Source of the DNA: Candidatus Krumholzibacteriia bacterium
Lineage (GTDB): Bacteria; Krumholzibacteriota; Krumholzibacteriia; LZORAL124-64-63
Length of the DNA stretch: 64,000 nucleotides
Assembly (NCBI GenBank): GCA_046484865.1
Contig: JAWOID010000071.1
Coordinates: 32,001-96,000, forward strand
Direction: 5' to 3'
Shown: one piece after another, positions 17,840 through 29,581 of the stretch
How positions within the stretch are numbered: position 1 is the first letter of the stretch
Layout: each line of letters opens with the position of its first letter
Program-made: the position numbers and the translations under genes
Notes under the pieces: generated by a model
What the model was told of the DNA's origin: nothing
The model's input: only the letters and a program-made list of their open reading frames with translations
Databases searched by the model: none

Positions 17840-20010
17840 TCGCCGAAGCCGAGCCGGCGGTTCAACTCCATGATCAGCTCCCGGGCCGCGTCCGGAATCA
17901 CCGTGCCGGGCCCGAAGATCGCCGCGGCGCCGTGCTCGCGCAGCTGGGCGTAATCCTGCGCCGGGATGACGCCGCCGCAGATGACGAGGATATCGTCCCG
18001 CCCGAGGCGGCGCAGCTCGGCCACGAGTTGCGGCAGCAGCGTCTTGTGCCCCCCGGCGAGGGAGGAGATCCCCACCACGTGGACGTCGTTCTCCACCGCC
18101 TGGCGCGCGGTCTCCTCGGGGGTCTGGAAGAGCGGCCCCACGTCCACGTCGAAGCCCAGGTCGGCGAGCGCCGTGGCCACCACCTTGGCGCCGCGGTCGT
18201 GTCCATCCTGGCCCATCTTCGCCACCAGGATACGCGGCCGGCGCCCCTCCCGCCGGGCGAAGCGGTCGATCAGCATGCGCACGTCGTCGATGTTCGCGTC
18301 CTTTCCGAAGGCTGCGCCGTAAACGCCTGATATCGTGCGGATTTCAGCCTTGTGGCGCCCGACGACCTTCTCCATGGCCCCGCTGATCTCGCCCAGCGTG
18401 GCGCGCGCCCGGGCGGCCTCCACCGAGAGGGCCAGCAGGTTCCCCGCCCCGGTCTCGGCACAGCGGCCGAGCGCCTCCAGGGACGACTCCACCCTGGCCG
18501 GATCACGCTCTCGCCGGAGCCGCTCGAGCCGCTCGAGCTGCTGCCGGCGCACCTCGGTGTTGTCCACCTCGAGGATCTCGATGGGATCCTCGTGCTCCAG
18601 CCGGTAGCGGTTCAAGCCGACGATGATCTCCTGCCCCGAATCGATGCGAGCCTGACGCCGCGCCGCCGCCTCCTCGATGCGCAGCTTGGGCAGGCCGGTC
18701 TCGATGGCGCGGGCCATGCCCCCGTGCTCCTCCACCTCGCGGATGTGCCCCCAGGCACGGTGCATCAACTCGTGGGTGAGCCGCTCCAGGTAGTAGCTGC
18801 CGCCCCACGGATCCACCACGCGGGTGATCCCGGTCTCGTCCGCCAGGTAGAGCTGGGTGTTGCGGGCGATCCGCGCCGAGAAGTCCGTGGGCAGGGCGAT
18901 GGCCTCGTCCAGCGCGTTCGTGTGCAGCGACTGCGTGTGTCCGAGCACTGCGGCCATGGCCTCGATGCACGTGCGCACCACGTTGTTGAACGGATCCTGC
19001 TCCGACAGCGACCAGCCGCTGGTCTGGGAGTGGGTGCGCAGGGCCAGCGACCGGCGATCGGCGGGAGCGAAGTCCTTCATCAATTTCGCCCACAGTAGCC
19101 GGCCCGCCCGCAGCTTGGCCATCTCCATGAAATAGTTCATCCCCTCGGCCCAGAAGAACGAGAGGCGCGGCGCGAAGCGGTCGACCGGCAGTCCGGCGCT
19201 CAGACCCGTGCGGACGTACTCCACGCCGTCGGCGAGGGTGTAGGCCAGCTCCAGGTCGGCCGTGGCGCCCGCCTCCTGCATGTGGTAGCCGCTGATGGAG
19301 ATGGAGTTGAAGCGCGGCAGGTTCTGCGCCGTGTAGGCGAAGATGTCGCCGATGATCCGCATCGAGAAGCCGGGCGGGTAGATGTACGTGTTGCGGACCA
19401 TGTACTCCTTGAGGATGTCGTTCTGGATCGTCCCGCTGAGCCGGTCCAGACGCGCACCCTGCTCCTCGGCGGCCACGATGTAGAACGCCATCACCGGCAG
19501 GACGGCGCCGTTCATCGTCATGGAGACCGAGATCTCGTCGAGAGGAATGCCGCGGAAGAGGACCTCCATGTCGAGGATGGAGTCGATCGCCACGCCGGCC
19601 TTGCCCACGTCTCCGATCACGCGCGGATGATCGCTGTCGTAACCGCGATGGGTGGCCAGGTCGAAGGCCACCGACAGCCCCTTCTGCCCGGCCGCGAGAT
19701 TGCGCCGGTAGAAGGCGTTGCTCTCCTCGGCGGTGGAGAAGCCGGCGTACTGCCGCACGGTCCACGGGCGGGTGACGTACATCGAGGCGTACGGGCCGCG
19801 CAGGTAGGGCGGGAACCCGGCGAGATGGTCCAGATGCTCGAGACCGGCCATGTCCTGCGGGCCGTACAGCGGCTTCACCGGGATCTGTTCGCCGGTGATC
19901 CAGGGCTCGTGCCGGCCGGCGGCGGCGATGCATGCCTGCCGCGATTCGCGGTCGCCGGCGGCGAGATCCGGATCGAGGGCGACGCGCGTGAAGTCGGGGA
20001 TCCGGGTCAT
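17836..20010 (-). CDS. mutB: Methylmalonyl-CoA mutase, large (catalytic, B12-binding) subunit
   Basis: [47 protein letters not shown], and [10 protein letters not shown] (B12 DxHxxG). Confidence 0.97.
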   Translation of the reverse strand: MTRIPDFTRVALDPDLAAGDRESRQACIAAAGRHEPWITGEQIPVKPLYGPQDMAGLEHLDHLAGFPPYLRGPYASMYVTRPWTVRQYAGFSTAEESNAFYRRNLAAGQKGLSVAFDLATHRGYDSDHPRVIGDVGKAGVAIDSILDMEVLFRGIPLDEISVSMTMNGAVLPVMAFYIVAAEEQGARLDRLSGTIQNDILKEYMVRNTYIYPPGFSMRIIGDIFAYTAQNLPRFNSISISGYHMQEAGATADLELAYTLADGVEYVRTGLSAGLPVDRFAPRLSFFWAEGMNYFMEMAKLRAGRLLWAKLMKDFAPADRRSLALRTHSQTSGWSLSEQDPFNNVVRTCIEAMAAVLGHTQSLHTNALDEAIALPTDFSARIARNTQLYLADETGITRVVDPWGGSYYLERLTHELMHRAWGHIREVEEHGGMARAIETGLPKLRIEEAAARRQARIDSGQEIIVGLNRYRLEHEDPIEILEVDNTEVRRQQLERLERLRRERDPARVESSLEALGRCAETGAGNLLALSVEAARARATLGEISGAMEKVVGRHKAEIRTISGVYGAAFGKDANIDDVRMLIDRFARREGRRPRILVAKMGQDGHDRGAKVVATALADLGFDVDVGPLFQTPEETARQAVENDVHVVGISSLAGGHKTLLPQLVAELRRLGRDDILVICGGVIPAQDYAQLREHGAAAIFGPGTVIPDAARELIMELNRRLGFGD

Positions 20011-22190
20011 GACTGCACCCCGCTCTCGGCGGCCAGCTCGTCCAGGACCGCCAGGGCGTCCGACTGCGCATGGATGAAGCGGTCAACCCCCGCGGCCTCC
20101 AGCTGCGGCACGAGGTCCTTCGGGTAACCGGCCAGGATGACCGTGCGTGGACCGCCGTCGCGCTTCAGCTTCTCGGCGGTGGCCACCGCCAGCTCCTGAT
20201 AGGTTTCGTCGCGTCCCACGATCACCACCCGGGGAGCACCGCCCCGCCGGGCCGCGGCCGCCGCCTCGGTGGGCGTGTCGAACCAGCCCCGCTCCTCCAC
20301 CCGGAAGCCGCCCACCTGGAAGAAGGCGCGGGTGAAGTCGAGCCGGGGCGTGTAGCGCGCGACGTCCCCCAGGCAGCAGAGGTGGACGCGCACGGCATCC
20401 GGTTCCTCGGCCGCCCGCGCCAGCACCGCTCTGCGGAGCCGTTCGAACGGCTCGGCGGCGCGGCACGGCCGCAGCGGGGCGACCTGCGGGCCGGGCCGGA
20501 CGTCGGACCGCAGCGCCGACGTCAGCTCGCCGAGCGTGGTGCCGCGTCCAGCCGCCGCCGCGAGGGCGGGCAGGAGCTGCGCCGGCTCGGCACGGAGCAT
20601 CTCCTCCACGCGTTCGAGCTCCTGGCTGCGGTCCCGGCCGGCGGCGCCCCGCAGTCCCTGCATCGCGGCGGCCCGCTGCCGGTGCAGCGACCGGTAGTGG
20701 GGCACGTTGGGCGCGGGCGTCTTCTCCGTGGCGTCGGGGTACTGGTTGGTGCCGACGATGACGCTGCGCCGCAGGGCCGCCTTGCGCGCGCGCTCGTCGG
20801 CCACGGCTGCGATCCGACCCTGGATCTCGCCCGACGCCAGTGCCGCCATCATGCCGCCGTCGCCCTCGATCTCCTGGAAGATGGACCAGGCCAGATCCCC
20901 GAGATCGGCGGTGAGCCGCTCCACGTACCACGAGCCGCCGGCCGGATCCACCACCGCCGCCAGGTGCGACTCCTCGCGCAGGATGGTGTGGGTGTTCCGG
21001 GCGAGCCGGCGCGCCAGCTCCGACGGCAGCCCGAGGGGAGCGTCGAAGGGCAGCACGGTGAGGCTGTCCACGCCCCCCAGCACCGCAGCCATGGCCTCGG
21101 TGGTGGTGCGCAGGATGTTCACGTGACGGTCGTAGACGGTCTTGGTGAAGCTGCTCGTGCGCGCGTGCACCCGTGTGCGGCGCGCCAGGTCGTCGTCGCC
21201 GCCGCAGCTGCGCACGACCTGCGCCCACAGCACCCGCGCAGCGCGCAGCTTGGCGATCTCCATGAAGAAGTGCGTGCCCACGCCGAAGCCCAGCTGCAGG
21301 TGGGGGATGACCTCGCCGGGAGGCAGCCCCTCCCGCTCCAGGGCGCGCAGGTGCTCCACGGCCGCCGCCAGCGTGAAGGCCAGCTCCTGCGCCGCGTTGC
21401 CCCCGGCCTCGTGATAGGGATAGCCCCAGGCGGCCACGGTCCTCAGGTCCGGAGCCGAGGTGCGAGCCCAGCGCGTGAGCGCTGCCACCTCGCGGTAGAG
21501 ACGGTCGGTGCGCACGGGTAACGTCCCACGCATCGCCAGCAGCGCCACCGGATCCGCGCCCACGCAGCCGCGCAGGCGACGCGGGTCCTCGCCGCGACCC
21601 TCCACCAGTGCCAGCAGCAGCGCGGTCGCGGGCAGCGCCACGACGCCGGCGTCCAGGTAGACGGGATGCTCCTCGAGCGAGATGCCGTCGAGCGCGCGGG
21701 CGAGATCGGCCACGACGGCCACCGACAGCCCGTCGCGCCCCACTCCGCCCGGTTCGGCGTGGTCGGGATCGCGCCCGGAGCGCGACGCGGCGTCGAGCAC
21801 CAGCGCCACCGCATCCTGGCCCCGCTCGAGGTCGTGGCGCAGCACCAGGTTCAGGTCCTCGGCGAGCGGGAAGAGCAGATCCTGCACGACGTCCCAGGAG
21901 CCGCGGCGGTGATCCAGCGGCCGCATCCCCCGCAGGAAGGGGTACTCGCCCGGACACGAGGCCGTCCAGGGCAGATCATCGAGATCGGACCGGGTGTAGA
22001 TGGGTCGAAGAGTCACCCCCTCGTCGGTGGGAGTGAGCATCGCCTTCTCGAAGGGCACCCCCGCGAGCTGACGGACCACCTCGTCGTACCAGTCATCGAG
22101 ACTCGCTGCTGCGAACCCCGCCAGCAGCCGCTCGCGCGGCTCGCCGGGGTCGCCGTCGCCGGCCGTTCCCCGCCTGGGATCTCCGTCCAT
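20007..22190 (-). CDS. mutA: Methylmalonyl-CoA mutase, small subunit
   Basis: [34 protein letters not shown] and [13 protein letters not shown]. It lacks the DxH B12 motif. ATGA overlap with mutB. Confidence 0.92.
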   Translation of the reverse strand: MDGDPRRGTAGDGDPGEPRERLLAGFAAASLDDWYDEVVRQLAGVPFEKAMLTPTDEGVTLRPIYTRSDLDDLPWTASCPGEYPFLRGMRPLDHRRGSWDVVQDLLFPLAEDLNLVLRHDLERGQDAVALVLDAASRSGRDPDHAEPGGVGRDGLSVAVVADLARALDGISLEEHPVYLDAGVVALPATALLLALVEGRGEDPRRLRGCVGADPVALLAMRGTLPVRTDRLYREVAALTRWARTSAPDLRTVAAWGYPYHEAGGNAAQELAFTLAAAVEHLRALEREGLPPGEVIPHLQLGFGVGTHFFMEIAKLRAARVLWAQVVRSCGGDDDLARRTRVHARTSSFTKTVYDRHVNILRTTTEAMAAVLGGVDSLTVLPFDAPLGLPSELARRLARNTHTILREESHLAAVVDPAGGSWYVERLTADLGDLAWSIFQEIEGDGGMMAALASGEIQGRIAAVADERARKAALRRSVIVGTNQYPDATEKTPAPNVPHYRSLHRQRAAAMQGLRGAAGRDRSQELERVEEMLRAEPAQLLPALAAAAGRGTTLGELTSALRSDVRPGPQVAPLRPCRAAEPFERLRRAVLARAAEEPDAVRVHLCCLGDVARYTPRLDFTRAFFQVGGFRVEERGWFDTPTEAAAAARRGGAPRVVIVGRDETYQELAVATAEKLKRDGGPRTVILAGYPKDLVPQLEAAGVDRFIHAQSDALAVLDELAAESGVQS

Positions 22191-22354
22191 CTCGCCGCCG
22201 TCCTTCCGATAATGACCGCGCCGGTCATGGGTGCGACCGCCCGGCGCGTCCGGTCCAATGTAACAGGATCGGCGCCCCCGCACGACCACGACGGCCACCC
22301 GGCGGCGGAATGGATACGGGTGGGAGCGGGAGGGCGGGGAGGCGCCGGGACGAT

Positions 22355-22948
22355 TCAGTCCGCGCGCAGGCCGCCGAGCAGGAACCCGGCGACGGCCGTG
22401 GCCTTGCTCTCGAGACGGACGTTCCGGCGCGACAGCACCCAGTCGGTGGCCATCTCGTCGAGGACGCCGAAGATGGCCTTGGCCGCGAACAGCGGGTCCA
22501 GTTCGGCACGGAACCGCCCCTCCGTCTGCCCCTGGACGACCACCTCGGCCAGGATGCCCAGGTACTCCCGCACCTGCTGGCGCGAGAGCTGTCCCATGAA
22601 GTGCACGCTGTGCCGCAACTCCACCTGGGTGATGATCGCCAGGTCACGATCTTCCCCCACCAGACCCAGGTGGAGCTCGACGATGCGCCTCAGCTTGCTC
22701 TCGGCGTCGGCCTCGCCGGGAAGCTGCGCGCGTCCCTCGTCGATGAACCGGCGCACGGCGCGATCGAAGAGCGAGAGCAGCAGGTCGTCCTTGCTGGCGA
22801 AGTAGAGATAGATGGTGCCGTCGGCGACGCCGGCCCGGCGGGCGATCATCGAGACGGTCGTCTGGTAGTACCCGCGTCGCGCGATCTCGGCCACCGCGGC
22901 GTCGAGGATCCGCTCTCGCTTTTCTCCGCTGTTGCGAGTCACCGCCAT
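22355..22948 (-). CDS. TetR-family regulator, FadR(YsiA)-like
   Basis: HTH TTVSMIARRAGVADGTIYLYFASKDDL and C-terminal LAIITQVELRHS / IFGVLDE. Divergent from a beta-oxidation operon. Confidence 0.88.
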   Translation of the reverse strand: MAVTRNSGEKRERILDAAVAEIARRGYYQTTVSMIARRAGVADGTIYLYFASKDDLLLSLFDRAVRRFIDEGRAQLPGEADAESKLRRIVELHLGLVGEDRDLAIITQVELRHSVHFMGQLSRQQVREYLGILAEVVVQGQTEGRFRAELDPLFAAKAIFGVLDEMATDWVLSRRNVRLESKATAVAGFLLGGLRAD

Positions 22949-23041
22949 GCCGGCTCCCCGGTCTGCCGCGCCGCCGAGGCCTGGGCAGACATGAACGACG
23001 ATTCAGCGCCTCGGCCCGTTCTGCGGGCGCGTGCCGTCTTC

Positions 23042-23070
23042 ATGATACACCACCGCAATCGGCTCGCCAA
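23042..23070 (-). promoter_or_regulatory. Putative sigma70 promoter for the tetR gene (TTGGCG-17-TATCAT)
   Basis: Minus-strand hexamers at 23070-23065 and 23047-23042 with 17-bp spacing. Confidence 0.4.
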
Positions 23071-23097
23071 GCCCCTCAAACGAGATCGCGGAGTTCG

Positions 23098-23126
23098 TTG
23101 ACACTTCTTCGCAACTCGACTAGACT
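23098..23126 (+). promoter_or_regulatory. Sigma70 promoter of the fad operon (TTGACA-17-TAGACT)
   Basis: Consensus -35 at 23098-23103, 17-bp spacer, -10 at 23121-23126. Confidence 0.8.
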
Positions 23127-23128
23127 AC

Positions 23129-23146
23129 TGAATGGCTATTCATTCG
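23129..23146 (+). promoter_or_regulatory. FadR-type operator TGAATGGCTATTCATTCG
   Basis: AT-rich inverted repeat GAATG-N6-CATTC over the predicted transcription start. It resembles the Bacillus FadR box TGAATGANTANTCATTCA. Confidence 0.75.
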
Positions 23147-23234
23147 CGGCCGAAAAATGAGGCGCAGGTCGCTGTCCGTCCCGCCGTGAGGGCGCCGCGA
23201 TGGACCGCACGCACAACCGACACGGGGAGGAGCC

Positions 23235-25637
23235 ATGCGCAGGCCAGTCCGCAAAGCCGCCCTGCTGGGCTCCGGCGTCATGGGCAGCGGCATCGCCGCT
23301 CACCTGGCCAACGCCGGTATCCGTTCGCTCGTCCTGGACATCGTCCCTCGCGAACCGAACGAGGCCGAGCAGAAGGCCGGCCTCACGCTCGAGGACCGGG
23401 CCGTGCGCGACCGCATCGCCCGCGACTCCATCCAGGCCCTGCTCAAGACGCGCCCCGCCCCGCTCTACGCTCCGGAGCGCATCGGGCTGATCGAGGTGGG
23501 CAACCTCGAGGACGATCTGGCGCGCCTGCAGGAGTGCGACTGGATCATCGAGGTCGTGAAGGAAGACCTCGACATCAAGAAGAAGGTGCTGGCGGCGGCG
23601 GCACCGCACATCCCGGCCGAGGCCGTCCTGTCGACGAACACCTCCGGGCTCTCGATCGCCGCCATGGCCGCGGTGCTCCCCGAGGAGCTGCGGCCGCGGT
23701 TCCTCGGCACGCACTTCTTCAACCCGCCGCGCTACATGCGCCTCTTCGAGCTCGTGCCGGGGCCGGACACCGACCCGCAGGTGGTGACGCAGGTGGCGGA
23801 GCTGGCCCGCGACCGCCTGGGCAAGGGCGTGGTGGTGGCCAAGGACACGCCGAACTTCATCGCCAACCGCGTGGGAGTGCACGCGATGATGGCCACCGTC
23901 GAGGTCATGCAGGAGCTGGGCCTCACCATCGAGGAGATGGACGCACTGTCGGGACCGGCAGTGGGCCGGCCGAAGACCGCCACCTTCCAGCTCGCCGACC
24001 TGGTGGGCCTCGATACGTTCCTGCACGTGGCGGACAACCTCTACCCCCTCGTTCCCGGCGACGAGGCCCGCGAGACCTTCAAGGCTCCGGACTACCTGCG
24101 GCGGATGGTGGAACGGGGCCTGCTCGGTCGCAAGAGCGGCGGCGGCTTCTACAGCATGCAGAAGACGCCCGAGGGACGGGTCTTCCACACCCTCGACCTC
24201 GAGACGCTGGAGTACCGCGAGAAGCAGAAGGCCCGCTTCCCCGAGCTGGACCTGGCCAGGGGCAAGGACGACCTGGGCGAGCGGCTGCGGACGCTGGTGT
24301 GGGCCGAGGGACGCGCCGCGGAGGCCGTCTGGAAGCTGCTGGCCCCCACCTTCAGCTACAGCGCCATGCGTCTGGGCGAGATCTGCGAGCATGTCGCGGA
24401 GATCGACCGCGCGATGCGCTGGGGCTTCAACTGGGAGCTGGGCCCCTTCGAGGCGTGGGACGCGCTCGGATTCCGCAAGGTGACCGAGCGGCTGCGCGCC
24501 GACGGACGTCCGCTGCCCGCCTGGATCGACGCCCTGTACGACGCCGGCGACGAGAGCCTCTACGTGGTGGACGACGGCCGCAAGCTCGGACCCACCGCGG
24601 AACCGGGCCGCCGCGCTCCGCTGCCCGAGGACCCGCGCGCGCTGGACTTCGAGCTGCTGCGCCACGCCGGCGGCGAGGTGCGCCGCAACCCGGGCGCCAG
24701 TCTGCTGGACCTGGGCGAGGGCGTGCTCGGCCTCGAGTTCCACTCGAAGATGAACGCCATCGGCCAGGACACCATCAACATGATCAACACCGCCTGCGAC
24801 GAGGCGGAGCGGAACTGGCGCGCGCTGGTCGTCACCAACCCGGCCGAGAACTTCAGTGTCGGCGCCAACCTCATGCTGCTGCTGATGGCCGCCCAGGAGG
24901 GCGACTGGGACGACGTGGACCTGATCGTGCGCGCGTTCCAGGGTGCCAACGACCGCCTCGAGTTCTGCGGCGTGCCGGTGGTCACCGCTCCCGCGGGGCT
25001 GGCCCTCGGGGGCGGCTGCGAGGTGACGATGGCCGGCAACGCGGTACGCGCGGCCGCGGAGACCTACATCGGACTGGTGGAGTTCGGTGCCGGCGTGATC
25101 CCCGCGGGCGGCGGCTGCGTGCGTCTGTACCAGCGCAACGTGGAAGGCATCACCGACGGCGTGGACATCTACCCCGCGCTGCGCAAGACGTTCGAGACCA
25201 TCGGCATGGCGAAGGTGGCCACCAGCGCAGAGGAAGCGCGCGGCCTCGGCTTCCTGCGGCCGGGCGACGCGTGGTCGCTCAACCGTGCGCATCTGGCCCG
25301 CGACGCCCGGGATCTCGCTCTCGCCCTGGCCGACGCCGGCTGGATACCGCCCCACCCCCGGCAGGACATCCCGGTCCTGGGCACCGACGGCATCGCGCTG
25401 GCGGGCTCGTTCCTCTTCAACATGCGCGAGGGGCAGTACATCTCCGATCACGACCAGAAGATCGGCATGGAACTGGGACGCATCCTCAGCGGCGGCGAGG
25501 TGCCGCCGCGCACCACCGTCACCCACGAACGGATGCTGGAACTGGAGCGCGAGAGCTTCCTGCGGCTCATGGGCGAGCGCAAGACGCTCGAGCGCATGCA
25601 GCACATCCTGAAGACGGGCAAGCCGCTGCGGAACTAG
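23235..25637 (+). CDS. fadN: 3-hydroxyacyl-CoA dehydrogenase / enoyl-CoA hydratase (FadN type)
   Basis: [27 protein letters not shown] and FIANR. C-terminal crotonase part with FSVGANL, LGGGCE and GLVEFGAG; ends TGKPLRN. Confidence 0.94.
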   Translation: MRRPVRKAALLGSGVMGSGIAAHLANAGIRSLVLDIVPREPNEAEQKAGLTLEDRAVRDRIARDSIQALLKTRPAPLYAPERIGLIEVGNLEDDLARLQECDWIIEVVKEDLDIKKKVLAAAAPHIPAEAVLSTNTSGLSIAAMAAVLPEELRPRFLGTHFFNPPRYMRLFELVPGPDTDPQVVTQVAELARDRLGKGVVVAKDTPNFIANRVGVHAMMATVEVMQELGLTIEEMDALSGPAVGRPKTATFQLADLVGLDTFLHVADNLYPLVPGDEARETFKAPDYLRRMVERGLLGRKSGGGFYSMQKTPEGRVFHTLDLETLEYREKQKARFPELDLARGKDDLGERLRTLVWAEGRAAEAVWKLLAPTFSYSAMRLGEICEHVAEIDRAMRWGFNWELGPFEAWDALGFRKVTERLRADGRPLPAWIDALYDAGDESLYVVDDGRKLGPTAEPGRRAPLPEDPRALDFELLRHAGGEVRRNPGASLLDLGEGVLGLEFHSKMNAIGQDTINMINTACDEAERNWRALVVTNPAENFSVGANLMLLLMAAQEGDWDDVDLIVRAFQGANDRLEFCGVPVVTAPAGLALGGGCEVTMAGNAVRAAAETYIGLVEFGAGVIPAGGGCVRLYQRNVEGITDGVDIYPALRKTFETIGMAKVATSAEEARGLGFLRPGDAWSLNRAHLARDARDLALALADAGWIPPHPRQDIPVLGTDGIALAGSFLFNMREGQYISDHDQKIGMELGRILSGGEVPPRTTVTHERMLELERESFLRLMGERKTLERMQHILKTGKPLRN

Positions 25638-25663
25638 AACCGCGGTTGAAGGGAGAGATCGCG

Positions 25664-26863
25664 ATGAGGAACAACGGCATGCGGGACGTGGTGGTGGCCG
25701 TGGCGCGACGCACCGCCGTGGGTCGGGCCAAGAAGGGCACCCTGCGGCACACCCGCCCCGACGATCTCGGCGCGGCCGTGATCAGGAGCATCCTGGCGGC
25801 GGCCCCGGGGCTCGATCCGGCGCGTCTGGACGACGTGGTGATCGGCTGCGCCATGCCCGAGGCGGAGCAGGGCATGAACGTGGGACGCAACATCGCCCTG
25901 ATCGCCGGACTGCCCGACTCGGTGCCGGGCATGACGGTGAACCGGTTCTGCAGTTCGGGTCTGGAGACGATCAACCTGGCCGCCAACTCGATCCGTGTCG
26001 GCCAGTACGACCTGGCCATCGCCGGCGGCGTGGAATCGATGACGATGGTGCCCATGGGCGGCTACCGCTACCTGCCCAACCCCACCATCATGCAGGAGGA
26101 CCCGGCCACCTTCCTGGGCATGGGGCTCACCGCCGAGCGCCTGGCCGAGCGCGACGGGATCCCGCGCGAGGATCAGGATCGCTTCGCTCTGCGCAGCCAC
26201 CAGAAGGCGGTGGACGCCATCGAATCGGGCCGCTTCGCGGAGGAGATCGCGCCGGTGACCGCGCGGCTGCCGGGCAAGGACCAGCGCGGCAGGCCCACCA
26301 CCGTCGAGCAGGAGTTCAAGGTGGACGAGGGGCCTCGCGGCGACACGACCCTGGAGGCGCTGGCGAAGCTCAGGCCCGCCTTCAAGCAGGGCGGCACCGT
26401 CACCGCCGGCAACTCCAGCCAGATGAGCGACGGCGCCGCCGCGGTGCTGCTCTGCACCCCGGAGATGGCGAAGGAGCTGGGGCTGGAACCGCTGGCCCGC
26501 TTCGTGGGGTACGCCGTGGCGGGCGTGGAGCCGGAGATCATGGGCATCGGTCCGGTCAAGGCCGTACCGAAGGCGCTGGAACGCATCGGACTGACTCTGG
26601 ACCAGATGGACGTCATCGAGCTGAACGAGGCGTTCGCCGCCCAGGGACTGGCCGTGTGCAAGGGGCTGGGCCTGGACCCGGAGGACCCGCGGCTCAACGC
26701 GAACGGCGGTGCCGTGGCCCTGGGCCACCCGCTGGGCTGCACCGGCGCCAAGCTCACCACCACCGCCCTGCACGAGTTGAAGCGACGCGACGGCAAGTAC
26801 GCGCTGGTGACCATGTGCATCGGCACCGGCATGGGAGCGGCGGGAGTGTTCGCCGCGCTGTGA
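25664..26863 (+). CDS. fadA: Acetyl-CoA C-acyltransferase (3-ketoacyl-CoA thiolase)
   Basis: [20 protein letters not shown] and MCIGTG. Confidence 0.95.
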   Translation: MRNNGMRDVVVAVARRTAVGRAKKGTLRHTRPDDLGAAVIRSILAAAPGLDPARLDDVVIGCAMPEAEQGMNVGRNIALIAGLPDSVPGMTVNRFCSSGLETINLAANSIRVGQYDLAIAGGVESMTMVPMGGYRYLPNPTIMQEDPATFLGMGLTAERLAERDGIPREDQDRFALRSHQKAVDAIESGRFAEEIAPVTARLPGKDQRGRPTTVEQEFKVDEGPRGDTTLEALAKLRPAFKQGGTVTAGNSSQMSDGAAAVLLCTPEMAKELGLEPLARFVGYAVAGVEPEIMGIGPVKAVPKALERIGLTLDQMDVIELNEAFAAQGLAVCKGLGLDPEDPRLNANGGAVALGHPLGCTGAKLTTTALHELKRRDGKYALVTMCIGTGMGAAGVFAAL

Positions 26864-26954
26864 GCCCGACCGGGCGAGCTCCGGCCGGCGTGAACCGGAA
26901 CGGCCGCTCGGACGACGCCTGGACGAGACGACGGACGACCAGAAGGAGACAGCC

Positions 26955-28748
26955 ATGGCCGAGACGAAGACTTCCCTCACGGGCGGCATGTTCCTGCTGC
27001 GGCCGACCGCACCGGCCGACGTGTTCACGCCCGAGGACTTCGACGAGAACCAGCGCATGATCGGGCAGGTCGTGGAGGAGTTCTGCACCAAGCACATCCA
27101 CCCGGTGGCGGAGGAGCTGGAGTACGAGGGGAAGACGGAGCTGGGCGCCCGGTTGCTGAAGGAGGCGGGCACCACGGGTCTGCTCGCCGCCGACGTGCCC
27201 GAGGCCTATGGCGGCATGGGCTCGAACAAGGCCACCATCATGCTCATCAGCGAGAAGATGGCCAACGGCGGCAGCTTCGCGGTGACTCACGGCGCCCAGT
27301 CGGGCATCGGCACCCTGCCCATCGTGTACTTCGGCACCCCGGAGCAGAAGCAGTCGTACCTTCCGCGTCTGGCCACCGCCGATCTGCTCACCTGCTACGC
27401 TCTCACCGAGCCGGGCAGCGGCAGCGACGCCCTGGCCGCCGCCACCACGGCGAAGCTCAGCGCCGACGGCCGGCACTACGTGCTCAACGGCACCAAGCAG
27501 TACATCAGCAACGCGGCGTACGCCGAGATCGCCGTGCTCTTCGCGAAGGTCGACGGCGAGCAGTTCACCGCGTTCATCGTCGACCTGAAGGCGGACGGAG
27601 TGAGCCTGGGTCTCGAGGAGAAGAAGATGGGGATCAAGGGGTCCTCCACCCGTGCCATCATCCTGGAGGACGTGCAGGTCCCCGTGGAGAACGTGCTCGG
27701 CGAGGTGGGCAAGGGGCACCTGATCGCCTTCAACATCCTGAACGTGGGGCGCTTCAAGCTGGGCGCCAGCAGCGTGGGCGGCTGCAAGATCGTGCTCGAG
27801 CAGGTGGTCCCCTACACCAGCGACCGCCACCAGTTCGGTCAGCCGCTCAACAGCTTCCCGCTGATCCGGCGCAAGCTGGCCCAGGTGGCGGCGCGGACGT
27901 TCGTCACCGAGGCCATGGTGTACCGCACCGCGGGGCTGCTCGACCAGGCCATCGGCGAGCTGGACCGCGGCGCCGACGACTACGACCTGCAGAGCATCCT
28001 CAAGGTGCAGGACTTCTCGATCGAGTGCTCCCTGATCAAGGTCTTCGCCACCGAGAGCCTGGCCCTGGCCGCCGAGGAGGGAGTGCAGATGCTCGGCGGC
28101 TACGGCTACTGCCAGGAGTACCCGCTGGAGCGCATCTACCGGGACGAGCGCATCAACCGCATCTTCGAGGGCACGAACGAGATCAACCGCATGATCGCAC
28201 CGGGGATGCTGCTCCGGAAGGCAGCCAAGAACGAGCTGCCGTTCTTCGCGGCGGCCCAGCAGGTGGCCGAAGAGCTGACCGGAATGCCCGGTCTCGGCGA
28301 CGGTGGCGAGCCCGGCTTCCTGGACGACGTGGAACGCATCGTCGCCAACATGAAGAAGGTGGTGCTGGCGACCCTGGGGCTGGCCGCGCAGAAGCACGGT
28401 CCGGCCATCAAGGACCAGCAGGAGATCCTCAGCGACGCCGCCGACATCATCATGGAGGCATACGCCTGCGAGAGCGGGCTGCTGCGTGCTCGCAAGCGGG
28501 CGGCCGCCGGCGGCGAGGAGGCCGCGGCGACCATGGCGGACATGCTGACCCTGTACGCCCATGACGCGATCGAACGGGTGGCCGTGTGGGGCAAGAACAT
28601 CCTGGGCGCCACGGTGGAGGGCGACGAGCTGCGCGCGTACCTGTCCGGCCTGCGCCGGCTCACGAAGCATGACCCGGTGAACCGTCCGCGGTTGCATGAT
28701 ATCATCGCCGGACGCGTGATCGACGCCGGCGGATACACCGTGGGCTGA
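26955..28748 (+). CDS. fadE: Acyl-CoA dehydrogenase (long, FadE/VLCAD-like)
   Basis: YALTEPGSGSDA, KMGIKGSST, RHQFG, GGYGY and RIFEGTNEINR. Confidence 0.93.
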   Translation: MAETKTSLTGGMFLLRPTAPADVFTPEDFDENQRMIGQVVEEFCTKHIHPVAEELEYEGKTELGARLLKEAGTTGLLAADVPEAYGGMGSNKATIMLISEKMANGGSFAVTHGAQSGIGTLPIVYFGTPEQKQSYLPRLATADLLTCYALTEPGSGSDALAAATTAKLSADGRHYVLNGTKQYISNAAYAEIAVLFAKVDGEQFTAFIVDLKADGVSLGLEEKKMGIKGSSTRAIILEDVQVPVENVLGEVGKGHLIAFNILNVGRFKLGASSVGGCKIVLEQVVPYTSDRHQFGQPLNSFPLIRRKLAQVAARTFVTEAMVYRTAGLLDQAIGELDRGADDYDLQSILKVQDFSIECSLIKVFATESLALAAEEGVQMLGGYGYCQEYPLERIYRDERINRIFEGTNEINRMIAPGMLLRKAAKNELPFFAAAQQVAEELTGMPGLGDGGEPGFLDDVERIVANMKKVVLATLGLAAQKHGPAIKDQQEILSDAADIIMEAYACESGLLRARKRAAAGGEEAAATMADMLTLYAHDAIERVAVWGKNILGATVEGDELRAYLSGLRRLTKHDPVNRPRLHDIIAGRVIDAGGYTVG

Positions 28749-28786
28749 TCGACGACGCCGCGCAACGCAGCACACGGAGGTCGAGC

Positions 28787-29554
28787 GTGCGCACATCACC
28801 CCTGATCCTGGCCGCCGCCCTCGTGGCGGCGGCCGGGGTACTCGCCGCCGGCCCGGCACACGGCCAGATCCTCAACACCCTGCGCGGATTCGCCGACCGG
28901 GAGCCGGGCTGGAGCGGCTCGGCGACCGGTTATCTGGCCGCGGCGGGCGGCAACTCGGAGTACGAGGAATACGGCGGCGCACTCACGGTGCAGTGGCAGG
29001 GCGAGCACCAGCGGGTGCGGGCTCTGGGCTCGGGCGAGCTGAGGTCCAGCGACGACGAGCGCACCGCCGAGAACACCACCGGGCACCTGCGGCACAACTG
29101 GTTCTTCCATCGCCGACTGGCGACGGTGGCCTTCGTGCAGATCCAGCGCAATCCCTTCCAGCGGCTGGAGGAGCGCCTGCTCGCCGGCGGCGGCCTGCGC
29201 TTCGAGGTGCTGAGCCGCGAGCAGATGCGGTGGTTCCTGGGCGTGACGACGATGTTCGAGGACGAGGCGATCGAGGACGTCGCCGGACGGGAGCGGCGGC
29301 ACCGCATGTCCTCGTTCGTGTCCCTGGTGTACCGGGCGCGGGAAGGCCTCAGCGTGGACCTGACCGGCTTCTACCAGCCGCGCTGGAGCGACTTCGCCGA
29401 CGCCCGCGCCACCGCGGCGGCAGCGGTGAAGGTGGCCGTGATCGGCACCCTCCATCTCGACGTCACCGCCAGCCTGCAGTACGATGCCCGGCCGGCGCCC
29501 GGCGTGGAGACCACCGACTGGACGGTGCGCAACGGCCTGGGCGTGGAGTTCTGA
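28787..29554 (+). CDS. DUF481 (YdiY-like) outer-membrane beta-barrel
   Basis: Signal peptide, amphipathic strands, GGNS motif, YQP, YDARP and C-terminal GLGVEF. Confidence 0.8.
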   Translation: MRTSPLILAAALVAAAGVLAAGPAHGQILNTLRGFADREPGWSGSATGYLAAAGGNSEYEEYGGALTVQWQGEHQRVRALGSGELRSSDDERTAENTTGHLRHNWFFHRRLATVAFVQIQRNPFQRLEERLLAGGGLRFEVLSREQMRWFLGVTTMFEDEAIEDVAGRERRHRMSSFVSLVYRAREGLSVDLTGFYQPRWSDFADARATAAAAVKVAVIGTLHLDVTASLQYDARPAPGVETTDWTVRNGLGVEF

Positions 29555-29581
29555 CCGCCGCGGCGGAGGTCCCGTCAGTCC

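Noticed and set aside
22191..22354. Cobalamin riboswitch upstream of mutA
   Set aside because: I could not recognise a B12-box or other conserved riboswitch core. An Rfam/Infernal scan would settle it.
23132..26863. 1243-aa ORF suggesting a FadN-thiolase fusion or frameshift
   Set aside because: FadN ends normally (KPLRN-stop) and the thiolase has its own RBS and ATG at 25664. The upstream part is just an open alternative frame.
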